Shown in pieces: positions 20,150 to 29,651 of a stretch of 64,000 bases of DNA. Where the stretch lies: the NCBI GenBank assembly GCA_044344255.1, contig JBIJDH010000028.1, positions 13,423 to 77,422 on the forward strand. Direction: 5' to 3'. Origin of the DNA: Myxococcota bacterium. Its GTDB lineage: Bacteria > Myxococcota_A > UBA796 > UBA2385. The notes beneath the pieces are model-generated. The model saw only the letters and a program-made list of their open reading frames with translations, was not told where the DNA came from and ran no database searches. The translations under genes were made by a program, and so were the position numbers. Numbering within the stretch: the stretch's first letter is position 1; each line of letters starts with the position of its first letter.

Positions 20150-21697
20150 CTACTCGCCGCGCCCCACCACCTCCGACAGGTGGTCGGTGTAGCCGAAGGC
20201 CAGCCCATCGAGGGCCAAGACGCTCTGGAGCTGCCCTTCGGCCGTGACCCGGCTGAGCGTGGCGTCGCTCCCCCAGCTCACGAGGGCCCCGCCCCCCTCC
20301 GTCGGGACGACGCTGCCCATCGTGACCCGCTGGTGAACGCCACCCTCACTGTAGGCCCACTCCCGTCGCGCCCGCAGGGTGTCGGGGTCGAGCGCGTAGA
20401 TCACCGCCTCTGCGAAGGCGCCGTCCTCACCGCCGTCGCCGTTGTCAAAGAGGGCGAGCCGGCTGCCGCCGTCGAGCAGCAGGGGGGAGTGCTGGCGGGA
20501 GAAGCCCTCGCCGTCGTCAAAGCGCCAGTCCGATCGCTCGCCCCCCATCACCCACCGCGAGCGGCCCGACGTGGGATCGACGCGGACGATGGCGTCGGCG
20601 AGGTAGAGTGAGAGCAGCAGATCGCCGGTCTCGGCGTCAATGTCGAGCGAATTGGTGTGCGGGTACTCGAGGCCCGACACGCCGCTCATGGCCGACCCCG
20701 CGTAGGGGAATTCGTCCCAGGAGCTCCACACCACCTCGAAGGACCGGCCGTCGGGCGAGACGTGCAGGACGGCGTCTCCCAGAACGGTGACGCTGTCTTC
20801 GTCTTCGTCGTCGCCTCCCCGCTCCTCGTCGTCGTCGCCGCCCTCCTCGTCGTCGCCCTCGTCGTCGCCGCCCTCCTCCCCCGGGTCGAGCACCTCCCCC
20901 GACGCGGTCACCACCCGCTCGTCGTAGGTGATGACGTACCAGCCGCCGGCCGGATCGAGCTTGATGTCGTGGTGGGGAGAGGGCAACGCGACCAGCTCTT
21001 CGGGCACCCCGTCGAGCGCGCAGCGCCAGAGCGCCTTCCCGCCCCCCGAGGCGCGGCCGACATAAGAGACGGACTGGGTGGCGGGGTCAAAGAGGGCCCG
21101 CAGCGCGCCCACGTCCTCGACCTCCTGCCACCACACGTACTGGCCTTGACTGTCGAGCAGCGCGATGACGGCGTCGGGGTACTGGAGGATGACCGTGAGC
21201 GAGAAGCCGGAGCCGGCCGAGTCACCCTCCTGCCAGAGGCCGACGTCGGGGAGGGCGTCGGGGAGGGGCTCCGGGCGCAGCGGGAGGCGCTCGCTCTGGT
21301 AGCGGCCGCCCTCGCCCACAGAGTCCACCTGCACGACATAGTCTTCCTCCCCAACGAGGCCGACCAGCAGGGCCTCGTGGTGGAGGCCATCTTCACTCGT
21401 CCCCTCGACCACGCGGTCGAGCGCCCCGCCCTGCCCGAAGCGGACCGACGAGCCGGCGGGGGTCGGGGTCTCCCAGCGCGCCCGATAGACCCCGGCGTGC
21501 TCGGCGGGCTCGAGCGAGACGTCGACCGGCGCCGTCCCGCCCCACAGGGCCAGCCCCTCGCCGAGGGGGGCCTCCTCGCCCTGCGCGGCCGGGCCGCCGG
21601 GGCGACAACCGACGACCGCGGCGCCGATTGTCAAAATGACGAGAATGCCCATGGAGGGGGAGAGAGCGAGGGGGGCGGGGCGGAAGGGCGGCTTCAT
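20150..21697 (-). CDS. aryl-sulfate sulfotransferase (ASST) family lipoprotein
   Basis: HHDI, HTNSLD, QHSP and FDNG motifs of the ASST propeller; VVGC lipobox; acidic insert. Confidence 0.8.
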   Translation of the reverse strand: MKPPFRPAPLALSPSMGILVILTIGAAVVGCRPGGPAAQGEEAPLGEGLALWGGTAPVDVSLEPAEHAGVYRARWETPTPAGSSVRFGQGGALDRVVEGTSEDGLHHEALLVGLVGEEDYVVQVDSVGEGGRYQSERLPLRPEPLPDALPDVGLWQEGDSAGSGFSLTVILQYPDAVIALLDSQGQYVWWQEVEDVGALRALFDPATQSVSYVGRASGGGKALWRCALDGVPEELVALPSPHHDIKLDPAGGWYVITYDERVVTASGEVLDPGEEGGDDEGDDEEGGDDDEERGGDDEDEDSVTVLGDAVLHVSPDGRSFEVVWSSWDEFPYAGSAMSGVSGLEYPHTNSLDIDAETGDLLLSLYLADAIVRVDPTSGRSRWVMGGERSDWRFDDGEGFSRQHSPLLLDGGSRLALFDNGDGGEDGAFAEAVIYALDPDTLRARREWAYSEGGVHQRVTMGSVVPTEGGGALVSWGSDATLSRVTAEGQLQSVLALDGLAFGYTDHLSEVVGRGE

Positions 21698-21789
21698 CTG
21701 TCAAGTTGAAGCAAAGATCGTGCCCATCGGCTCCAGCGCCCGCAGGCTGCACATCCACCGGCCTCCGGGCCGTGCGGAAAGGGCGATCC

Positions 21790-21895
21790 TGACATGATCT
21801 TGACGAAGTCAAGGCCAATGCCACCCCGCCCACGCCACGCGCCGCGCCTGGGCTTGTCACGAAATGTCACAGCCTCACAGGGCGCTGACAAAGTC
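21790..21895. promoter_or_regulatory. cluster of TGAC/GTCA direct and inverted repeats upstream of the ASST gene
   Basis: TGAC at 21790 and 21801 (11-bp period), palindrome CTTGAC-gaa-GTCAAG (21799-21813), TGTCAC at 21855 and 21865. Confidence 0.45.
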
Positions 21896-21897
21896 CG

Positions 21898-22959
21898 TCA
21901 GGCGGCCGATGCAGGCACCGAAGCTGGCTCACTCGCGATGCGGATCAGCGCCAGCAACATCGCGACCAACGTGGGCCCGATGATGAGGCCCGAGGCCCCA
22001 AAGGTGGCGATGCCGCCGAAGACCCCGATGAAGATGAGCGCGAGCGGGATGTCGGAGCGGCCCCGCATGAAGACCGGCTTGACCACGTTGTCGATGGTGC
22101 CGGTGAGCACGAGCGACCAGATCACGAGCCCGAGGGCGGCGCTGGTGCGCCCCGACGCGATGAGCTGCACCGCCACGGGGATCCAGACGAGCGAGGTGCC
22201 CACGACCGGGATGTAGCCGAGGAAGACCACGAGGATGGCCAGCACGAGCGGGCGCTCGGCCCCAAAGATGGCGAAGCCCACCCCAGCGACCACCGCCTGC
22301 GCGAGCGCGGCCGCCCCGCTGCCGAGCACGACCGTCCGGGTGAAGCTGGAGAAGGTGTCGAAGAGCGCCCGGGTGTGGGCCGGCAGCAGGAAGCTGCGCG
22401 CCTCGAGCGCCGAGACCAGGGATGGGCCCCGCAGCAGGAGCGCGGTCAAGGTGAGGAGGAAGACCATCACGTCGAGGATGAGCTTCGCGGTGAAGGTGGC
22501 GAGCGACCCGAAGCGCTCGCTCACCGCGCCGGCGATCGAGAGGGCCCCGCCCTCGGCCATCTCGCGCGCCTTCTCCACCGCCGCGTCGGCGCCGCCGAGC
22601 TGGTCGATCACCGTGGCCAGCCCCGGCGCCTCCAGGCCCCGCTTGACGAGCTCTGCCCAGGCCCCGGACTGAACGCCGGTCACCGCCATCTGCAGCACCC
22701 CTCCGATCTCGCGGATCGCCAGCACGAGGCCGAGCGAGAGCGGGATCAGGACGGCCACGAGGAGGACGCTGAGCGTCAACGCCGCGCTGGCCTTGGTGCC
22801 GTGAACCCGGTGCCCGATGCGCTCGTGTAAGGGCCACGAGAGGATGGCCACCACGCCCGCGAGCACGACGGCGTCGAAGAAGGCGCGGCCCACCCAGGCG
22901 ACGAGCAGCAGGACGAAGAGGGTGAAGAGCTCTAGGCGCTTCTGGGGGTCTATCGTCAT
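21898..22959 (-). CDS. AI-2E (PerM/TqsA) family transporter
   Basis: multiple TM helices; YIPVVGT..VWIP, IDNVVKP, GG...FG..GLIIGP. Confidence 0.9.
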   Translation of the reverse strand: MTIDPQKRLELFTLFVLLLVAWVGRAFFDAVVLAGVVAILSWPLHERIGHRVHGTKASAALTLSVLLVAVLIPLSLGLVLAIREIGGVLQMAVTGVQSGAWAELVKRGLEAPGLATVIDQLGGADAAVEKAREMAEGGALSIAGAVSERFGSLATFTAKLILDVMVFLLTLTALLLRGPSLVSALEARSFLLPAHTRALFDTFSSFTRTVVLGSGAAALAQAVVAGVGFAIFGAERPLVLAILVVFLGYIPVVGTSLVWIPVAVQLIASGRTSAALGLVIWSLVLTGTIDNVVKPVFMRGRSDIPLALIFIGVFGGIATFGASGLIIGPTLVAMLLALIRIASEPASVPASAA

Positions 22960-22996
22960 GCTTGGGACCTCGGACTGAAAAATGTAAGCACCGCGG

Positions 22997-23028
22997 CGGG
23001 ATCGTCCACCCCCGGGATCGTCCACCCC
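22997..23028 (+). repeat. perfect 16-bp tandem direct repeat CGGGATCGTCCACCCC x2
   Basis: copies at 22997-23012 and 23013-23028 in a divergent intergenic region. Confidence 0.85.
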
Positions 23029-23110
23029 AGCGGACAGCCGCCCCGCCCGGACCGCCCAACGCGCCGGACAGACCCGCGCTCAATTTCACAATTGCTGGCG
23101 TTATTCCTTA

Positions 23111-23127
23111 TCGGCACGGCTCGTGCA
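23111..23127 (+). promoter_or_regulatory. putative sigma54 -24/-12 promoter
   Basis: CGGCACG-gctc-GTGCA, GG-N10-GC spacing, preceded by an AT-rich tract. Confidence 0.5.
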
Positions 23128-23194
23128 CTCCAGTCGGCCCGTCCGGACCGGGGGGAGGCCCTCCCCACGCTCCGCACCCCCCCTTGGAGTCCCC

Positions 23195-25111
23195 ATGCGC
23201 CGCTTGTTCACCCCGGTCTTTACCCCGGTCGCCCTCTCGGTCACCCTCGCCCTCGCCTCCAGCCCAGCCGAGGCCGCCTTGGGAGAGGGCGTGTTCCTCT
23301 TTGAAGGTCGATCCTCGATGGTCCTCACGCTGGACCCATCGGTCCGCGCCGAGTGGGTGGCCCGCGGCGCGACCTTCAGCCGCAGCAGCACCTGGCCTGC
23401 GGACCTGAGCCTCTATCGGCTGATCGTCCTCGTCGCGCCCGCCCAGAACCTCAGCGCCGCCGAGCAGGCCGACCTCCTCGACTTCATGGACCAGGACGGC
23501 GTGGTGCTCCTCTTCGAGGAGGCCTACGCCTTCAGCGCCTCGCGCAGCCTCATCGGCAACAGCCTGCTAAGCGACCTCGGCTTCGAGAGTCGACTGACGA
23601 CCTCCTCCCTCGACTCTGTCTGCTCCCACACCGCCCTCCGGACGGCCACCACACCCGTCAGCCAGGGCTCCCCCAGCCTCGACTACGCGTACTCCGGCGA
23701 CATCTCCGCCGGCGCCGACGCCACCGTGCTCTATGAGGGGGAGTCTGGTCAGTCCCTCATCGTCCAGGAGGGGCGCCTCGTCCTCACGGCGGACACGAAC
23801 CTCATCGACACCGGCTGCGCGCTCCCCTCCACCCAGGCGACCTTCTTCGGTGACCTCTACGACGCCGTCTGTGACCTCGACGGGGACGGGGTCGACAGCG
23901 CGGCCTGCGGCGGCGCGGACTGTGACGACGTGGACAGCGCGGTCGGGGACACCGCCACCTTCTACGTCGACGCAGACGGCGACGGCGACGGCGACCCCGC
24001 CCTCTCGGTCACCGGCACCTGCGGGGCGCTGGTCGGCTACTCGGAGAACGGGGACGACTGCGACGACGCCGACCCCACGGTCTACTTCGGCGCCGCGGAG
24101 GTGCCCTACGACAGCCTCGATCAGGACTGTGACGGCCTCGACCTCACTGACGTCGACCTCGACGGCTCCGACGGTCTGCTGGCCGGCGGGGACGACTGCG
24201 ACGACACAGACGCCCTCATCTTCGTCGGTCAGACCGAGCTCCCCGACGGCGCCGACCAGGACTGCGACGGCGTCATCGACGAGGGGACCACCTGGTTCGA
24301 CGACGACGGCGACGGGGTCTCGGAGCTGGACGGGGACTGCGACGACGCCCTCGCCGAGGTCAGCCCGGACGTCGAGGAGCGAGTGGACGGCCTCGACAAC
24401 AACTGCAACACCCTCATCGACGACGGCACCGAGGTCTACGACGATGACCACGACGACTACGCCGAGGTAGACGGCGACTGCGACGACGACGACGCGGACG
24501 TGAACCCCCACGCCCACGAGCTCGAGGCCAACGGCAAGGACGACGACTGCGACGGCACCACCGACCTGGGCTCCTGGAACATGGACGCCGACGGTGACGG
24601 CTGGGCCGAGGACGAGGGGGACTGTGACGACTACGACGACTCCCAGTACCCGGGCGCCCCCGAGCTGGCAGACGCCAAGGACAACGACTGCGACGGCCTC
24701 ACCGACGAAGGCACCGTCAACCGCGACGACGACGGCGACGGCTACTCCGAGAACCAGGCCGACTGCGACGACCTCGACCCCGCCACTTCCCCCGAGGCCG
24801 AAGAGGAGCCCGACAACGGCAAGGACGACGACTGCGACGGCCTCATCGACGAGGTCGAGCCCACCGAGGACGGCGAGGACGGCGGGTCTGAGGAGGCCGA
24901 CGCGGACAGCGGGGAGAGCGAGGAGGACACCGGCGAAGCCGAGCCCAGCGGCGACACCGGCGAAGCGGCGGAGGACGAGGCCGGCGCCACCGGCAAGGAC
25001 AACACCGTCTCGGGCTGCTCGACCACCGGAGGGGGGCGCCCGCGCTCCCTCGCCGGCCTCCTGCTCGGCCTCGTCGGCGCCGCCCTCCTCGGGGGCCGCC
25101 GCCGGCGCTGA
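23195..25111 (+). CDS. surface protein with MopE-like repeats and a MYXO-CTERM-like sorting tail
   Basis: signal peptide, DCDD...PG..E..D..DNDCDG repeats, C-terminal GCSTT...hydrophobic helix...RRRR. Confidence 0.85.
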   Translation: MRRLFTPVFTPVALSVTLALASSPAEAALGEGVFLFEGRSSMVLTLDPSVRAEWVARGATFSRSSTWPADLSLYRLIVLVAPAQNLSAAEQADLLDFMDQDGVVLLFEEAYAFSASRSLIGNSLLSDLGFESRLTTSSLDSVCSHTALRTATTPVSQGSPSLDYAYSGDISAGADATVLYEGESGQSLIVQEGRLVLTADTNLIDTGCALPSTQATFFGDLYDAVCDLDGDGVDSAACGGADCDDVDSAVGDTATFYVDADGDGDGDPALSVTGTCGALVGYSENGDDCDDADPTVYFGAAEVPYDSLDQDCDGLDLTDVDLDGSDGLLAGGDDCDDTDALIFVGQTELPDGADQDCDGVIDEGTTWFDDDGDGVSELDGDCDDALAEVSPDVEERVDGLDNNCNTLIDDGTEVYDDDHDDYAEVDGDCDDDDADVNPHAHELEANGKDDDCDGTTDLGSWNMDADGDGWAEDEGDCDDYDDSQYPGAPELADAKDNDCDGLTDEGTVNRDDDGDGYSENQADCDDLDPATSPEAEEEPDNGKDDDCDGLIDEVEPTEDGEDGGSEEADADSGESEEDTGEAEPSGDTGEAAEDEAGATGKDNTVSGCSTTGGGRPRSLAGLLLGLVGAALLGGRRRR

Positions 25112-25257
25112 AGGAAGCGGAGGGAAGCGGAGGGAGCGCGGGGAGCAACACTCCCCCGCCTCGTGCGTAGGGGAGGGGCCCCGCCTGGAGCCCCGCGATG
25201 TCCCGCCTTTGCCCCTCCCCCCTGGAGCCCATAGGTGGAGCGCCCACCGGGACCCGC

Positions 25258-25803
25258 ATGCGCTCCGCCCGCCTCCCCGCCGCCCTCCTCGCCCGCCTCC
25301 CCTCGCGCCCGCTGCTGCTCGTGCTGCCCCTCATCGGCCTCCTCGCCGTGGCGCCGCGGGGGGCGCTCGCCCAGTCGGGGCCCCCGCCGGACCCCGCGCC
25401 GAGCGCCGTCCCCGAGGCCCCCGCCGCGCGGCCCGACGCGCCGGCCGCGGTTCGCATCGACGTGAGCGGCCTCGAGGAGGACTGCGGGCCTGGGGTCTGC
25501 TGCCCGGCGACGACGAAGGAGAAGCTCTCCATCACCATCGCCGGGCTGCTCCTCTTCTCGGTCACCTTCCTGCTGCTGCGGGCCGCGATGGTGAGCGCCC
25601 TCATCCGGCGGGACTGGAACCCGGTGCTGGCGGCCCACTCGGCGCTCTCGGTGAGCCTCGTCGTCGGCACCGTCGCCACCTCGATCATCGCCCACATGGT
25701 GAAGGGCTGCTGGCTCACCGGCTTCACCGGCCTCGCCTGCCTGATGAGCTTCGTGTGGTTCCTCCACGCGATCTTTGTGCTCGTCGCCGTCCGCAAGCGC
25801 TGA
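25258..25803 (+). CDS. small membrane protein (signal peptide plus about 3 TM helices)
   Basis: hydrophobic segments, CGPGVCC cluster; lies directly upstream of the tubulin-like gene. Confidence 0.7.
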   Translation: MRSARLPAALLARLPSRPLLLVLPLIGLLAVAPRGALAQSGPPPDPAPSAVPEAPAARPDAPAAVRIDVSGLEEDCGPGVCCPATTKEKLSITIAGLLLFSVTFLLLRAAMVSALIRRDWNPVLAAHSALSVSLVVGTVATSIIAHMVKGCWLTGFTGLACLMSFVWFLHAIFVLVAVRKR

Positions 25804-25853
25804 CCCGCACATCCAGGTTCGAACCCTAAGGTTCGAGTGAAACTGAGGTTCTC

Positions 25854-28800
25854 GTGACCACCTTTCAAGGCGACATCGTCAACCGAGTCGCGGGCAACAG
25901 CCCCGACGTCATCCAAGACATCGAGGCGCGGGCCGAAGAGTACGGCCGCTACTCGCCCACCCTCCTGGTCGGCCTCGGCGGCACCGGGGCGCGGGCCCTG
26001 CAGCGCGTCCGCCAGCTCACCATCGAGCGCTTCGGGGCCCTCGATCGGCTGAAGGGGGTCCGCTACCTCTCCATCGACACCGACCTCGGCAGCATCGCGC
26101 CCGACCCCGCCCAGCGCGACGCCGTACACAAGAACGACCCCCTCGCCGCCGAGGTGGCCTTCCAGGAGGGCGAGCGTATCAACCTCGCCGCCCCCCTCGA
26201 GCAGTACCTGCACGAGAACAACATCCTCCAGCACGAGCACATCCGGAGCTGGCTCGATCCGGTCGTGCAGGCGATCAAGATCAACCTCGCCGAGGGGGCC
26301 GGGCAGATCCGCCCCGCCGCGCGCCTCGCCCTCTTTCACAACATGTTCGGCGGGGCCCGTGTCTATCCGGCCCTCGAGACGGCGCTCCGCGACGTGCGCA
26401 AGCAGGAGGTGGGAGACGCCCGCCTGAACAGCCAGGGCACGCTCGTCATCGTCGTCGGCAGCTTCGCCGGGGGTACGGGGGCGGGCATCTTCCTCGACAT
26501 CGCGGCGGCGCTGCGCGCCATCGGCGGCTCGACCACCACCATCATCGGCCACTTCGTGCTCCCCGACGTCTTTCACGACAAGGAGAAGGCGACCAAGGTT
26601 CGGGCGAACGGCTACGCCTGCCTCACCGAGCTCAATCACCACCTCGAGCACCCCTTCGTCGTGTCCTGGCGAGCCGGACAGGCCCCGCTGCGCATCCACT
26701 CCCTGTTTGACCACATCTTCCTGATGGACGGCCGCAACGAGGCCAACCAGCAGGTGAGCAGCCCCGACGACGCCTATCGCACGATCGGTGACAACATCTT
26801 CTCCGAGTTCTTCCAGGGGAAGTTCGCCGCCGTCAAGCGGAGCGTGCGCGTCAATCGAAAGCAGTACCTCGCCCAGTGGTACACGAAGCGACACGCGCTG
26901 CCGCCACGGCCCGGCACCACACGCGATGACGCGCCGATCTGGGTCGACGCCGAGCGCTACCGCACACAATTCCAGTCCTTCGGGATGAGCCGGGTGGTGT
27001 TCCCGGGCTGGCGCCTCTTGAACGCCGCCTCCTATCTGCTCGCCATCGAGCTCATCCGCCACCTCGACAAGCCGCTGGTCATCAGCACAGACCTCGCCCG
27101 CCTCCGCGCCGAGCTGGCCCAGCAGGCGGGCTTCTATCAGGGGGAGCTGACGGTCGAGGGCACCCGGAGCCGCCACTGGTCGGTCTGTCGAGCGCTCAAG
27201 TCCCTCGACGACCCGTCGGGAGAGGGCCTCACCACCCTCCACGACGAGATCGCCCGCACCGCGGCCTGGATCCGCGATCCGATGTGGTCCGAGTCGGCGC
27301 GTCGAGAGAAGGCCACTGGCCCCCGCATCCGCGAGGTGGAGCGGCGCCTCGTCGAGCTCTGGAGCAGCCCCTCAGGGGCGGCGCGGGCGAGCACACGGCC
27401 GGCCCACGTCGAGCTCAATCGACAGGTCTTTCAGGCGACGGTCGCCGCCCGCCTCGACAAGACCATCGAGGACCTCTGTGATCGCGAGCGGATCGGCCCC
27501 ACCCGCGTCTCCGAGCTGCTCGCGAGCCTGTCCGACGAGCTCCGACAGGGCCGGTACCACTACAAGGTGCAGATGCTCGAGGAGGTGGCGCGGGCGCGGG
27601 TGCGCGAGCAGGAGGAGACCACCCGCTACGAGCGGGCCGTGCGCAACGCCGAGGACGCCGAGCAGAGCCTCTTCGTCGGCCGCGGCGGCTATCGGGAGGC
27701 CCTCGACCGCGTGGCCGACGCCCTGCAATCCCGCTGGGAGGCCGCGTGTGACCGCAAGATCTTCGAGGAGGCCGTGCTCGCGATCGAGGAGGTCGCCCGC
27801 CTCTTGGACGAGAAGCGACAGGCCCAAGAGGTGCTGTCCCGCGACCTCGGCGAGATGGCCAGCCGCTATCAAGACCACGCCGAGCTCTACAGCCGAAAGG
27901 ACAGCAGCCCCGGCGTCGAAGAGATTGACCCCGGCCTCCCCCCCGCCCACTACCTGCGCGAGTACCTGGGAGAGACCCCCGACGCCCGGGTGATGAACCT
28001 CGACCGCCTCTTCAAGCGCATCCGCGAGCGGCTGGGCATCCACACCAACCCTGGCCTCCTCCGGCGCGTGCAGGAAGACCGCGCCGGTCTGTCCCGCCTC
28101 CTCCGCGAGCAGTGCTGGCTCTCGCTGCGCGGCAAGGACGGCTGGACCCACGACTTCACCGTCGAGGGCGGGCAACCGAAGCGCGGCTTCATCGAGCGCT
28201 ACTCTGTGCTCAAGGTCCTGCACGAACAATACAAGTCGCCCGACGCGCCCGAGATCGCCCGCGTCGCCGGAGAGGCCTGGAAGAAGGCCAAGGCCTGGAT
28301 CTATCCGACCGACAAGCTCGCCTCGATCCAAGGGGCCGAGGCCGGCGTGCACCGGGACTGCTTCGTCGCCGTGGCCGTGGGCGACGACCCCATCGAGAAG
28401 CGGGTCCACTCGGCGATCGAGGCGGTGCTGAAGAACCAGAACGACGGCCTCTTCCGGCCCCAGTTCGTCTCCGGGTCCGACCCCTGCGAGATCGTGATCT
28501 ACACCGAGACCACCGCCTTCATCCCCGCCTGGCTCTCGTCCCTGCACGGGCCGGACGGCATGAAGGCGGCCTATGACCACTGCATGCGCAGCCGCACCGT
28601 CGAGGCGGCCCTTCACACCGACAAGCACATCGGAAAATACACCCGCCTCGTCCCCCTCGATCCCGCCGAGGTGGGGGCCTTCGCCCTCGCCTGGAAGCGC
28701 CTCGTGCGCGGCCTCCTCACCGGCACCGTCCGCACCGAGCCCGGCCCCGAGCTCGGCAACGAGGCCCCCGAGCTCGGCTTCGACGAGGTCCGACAGGGGA

Positions 28801-29651
28801 ACCGCACGGTCACCCGCCTCGGCCTCGTGGGACAGGCGATCGACGCCCTGATGAGCAACCGCGGCCTCACCGAGCGCCTGGAGCTCCAGATGACCGCCGC
28901 CTGGGAGCGCGCCGGCCAGCGGCCGATCGAGACCCTCGCTCTCATCCGGTACTACCGCTACTGCCTCTTCCCGGCCCTGATCACCGAGGGGGGCCCCGCC
29001 TCCGGCGGCGGGCGAGAGAGCCGCGCCAGCATGGCCTGGCTGGCCCTGGAGGAGCTCGAGGAGGAGGTGCTGCGCATGGGCCGCCTCTCGCGCAGCGACC
29101 GGATGGAGGCGTCGGTGGCCGAGGCGATGCAGCGGCTCCCCGAATTCACCCGCCTCACCGGCCGCCGCGCCGAGGACGTCTCCGGACTGAGCGCCGGCCA
29201 CGGGCGCGACTACGCCGAGTCCAGCGCCACCGTCGAGCGGGAGGAGCTCCGACGCCTCGCCCACGCGCTGCTGCCCGGCCTCATCGCCGGGCCGGAGTGG
29301 GAGCGGCGCGACGTCTTCCCCTGGCTCGCCCTCGACCCCGCCAAGGCCGACCTCGCGCGGGCGCCGGCCGAACGGTCGGTCGAGCCCACCACCTCGGCTG
29401 GTCCGCCGCCGCTGCCGGGGGCCGTGAAGTGGTTCCACAGCGAGGACGGCGAGACCAGCCAGCCCCGCGCCGAGGCTGAGCTCATCGGGCGGATCGCCGC
29501 CACGCCAACCGCCGAACACCTCGTCTGGAAGGAGGGGATGCCCGACTGGCTCCGCTGGCGAGAGGTGCCCGCCCTGGTCGAGAAGGTGGCCCAGCACCGG
29601 CCCCCCGGCGCCCCGCCGCCGCTCCCCGGTCGGAGGCCGGCCGATCCGTGA
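25854..29651 (+). CDS. large tubulin/FtsZ-like GTPase (Tubulin_2/FtsZl1 type) with helical/coiled-coil region and C-terminal GYF_2-like domain
   Basis: LLVGLGGTG, SIDTD, GAGQIR, GSFAGGTGAG tubulin signature, ANGYACLTEL; C-terminal W.....G....LVWKEGMPDW.....VP.L. Confidence 0.88.
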   Translation: MTTFQGDIVNRVAGNSPDVIQDIEARAEEYGRYSPTLLVGLGGTGARALQRVRQLTIERFGALDRLKGVRYLSIDTDLGSIAPDPAQRDAVHKNDPLAAEVAFQEGERINLAAPLEQYLHENNILQHEHIRSWLDPVVQAIKINLAEGAGQIRPAARLALFHNMFGGARVYPALETALRDVRKQEVGDARLNSQGTLVIVVGSFAGGTGAGIFLDIAAALRAIGGSTTTIIGHFVLPDVFHDKEKATKVRANGYACLTELNHHLEHPFVVSWRAGQAPLRIHSLFDHIFLMDGRNEANQQVSSPDDAYRTIGDNIFSEFFQGKFAAVKRSVRVNRKQYLAQWYTKRHALPPRPGTTRDDAPIWVDAERYRTQFQSFGMSRVVFPGWRLLNAASYLLAIELIRHLDKPLVISTDLARLRAELAQQAGFYQGELTVEGTRSRHWSVCRALKSLDDPSGEGLTTLHDEIARTAAWIRDPMWSESARREKATGPRIREVERRLVELWSSPSGAARASTRPAHVELNRQVFQATVAARLDKTIEDLCDRERIGPTRVSELLASLSDELRQGRYHYKVQMLEEVARARVREQEETTRYERAVRNAEDAEQSLFVGRGGYREALDRVADALQSRWEAACDRKIFEEAVLAIEEVARLLDEKRQAQEVLSRDLGEMASRYQDHAELYSRKDSSPGVEEIDPGLPPAHYLREYLGETPDARVMNLDRLFKRIRERLGIHTNPGLLRRVQEDRAGLSRLLREQCWLSLRGKDGWTHDFTVEGGQPKRGFIERYSVLKVLHEQYKSPDAPEIARVAGEAWKKAKAWIYPTDKLASIQGAEAGVHRDCFVAVAVGDDPIEKRVHSAIEAVLKNQNDGLFRPQFVSGSDPCEIVIYTETTAFIPAWLSSLHGPDGMKAAYDHCMRSRTVEAALHTDKHIGKYTRLVPLDPAEVGAFALAWKRLVRGLLTGTVRTEPGPELGNEAPELGFDEVRQGNRTVTRLGLVGQAIDALMSNRGLTERLELQMTAAWERAGQRPIETLALIRYYRYCLFPALITEGGPASGGGRESRASMAWLALEELEEEVLRMGRLSRSDRMEASVAEAMQRLPEFTRLTGRRAEDVSGLSAGHGRDYAESSATVEREELRRLAHALLPGLIAGPEWERRDVFPWLALDPAKADLARAPAERSVEPTTSAGPPPLPGAVKWFHSEDGETSQPRAEAELIGRIAATPTAEHLVWKEGMPDWLRWREVPALVEKVAQHRPPGAPPPLPGRRPADP

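Noticed and set aside
25854..29651. Cell-division ftsZ, and dnaK for 30979..33807
   Set aside because: Length, domain architecture, motif variants and gene context (no dcw cluster, no dnaJ/grpE) do not fit the housekeeping genes
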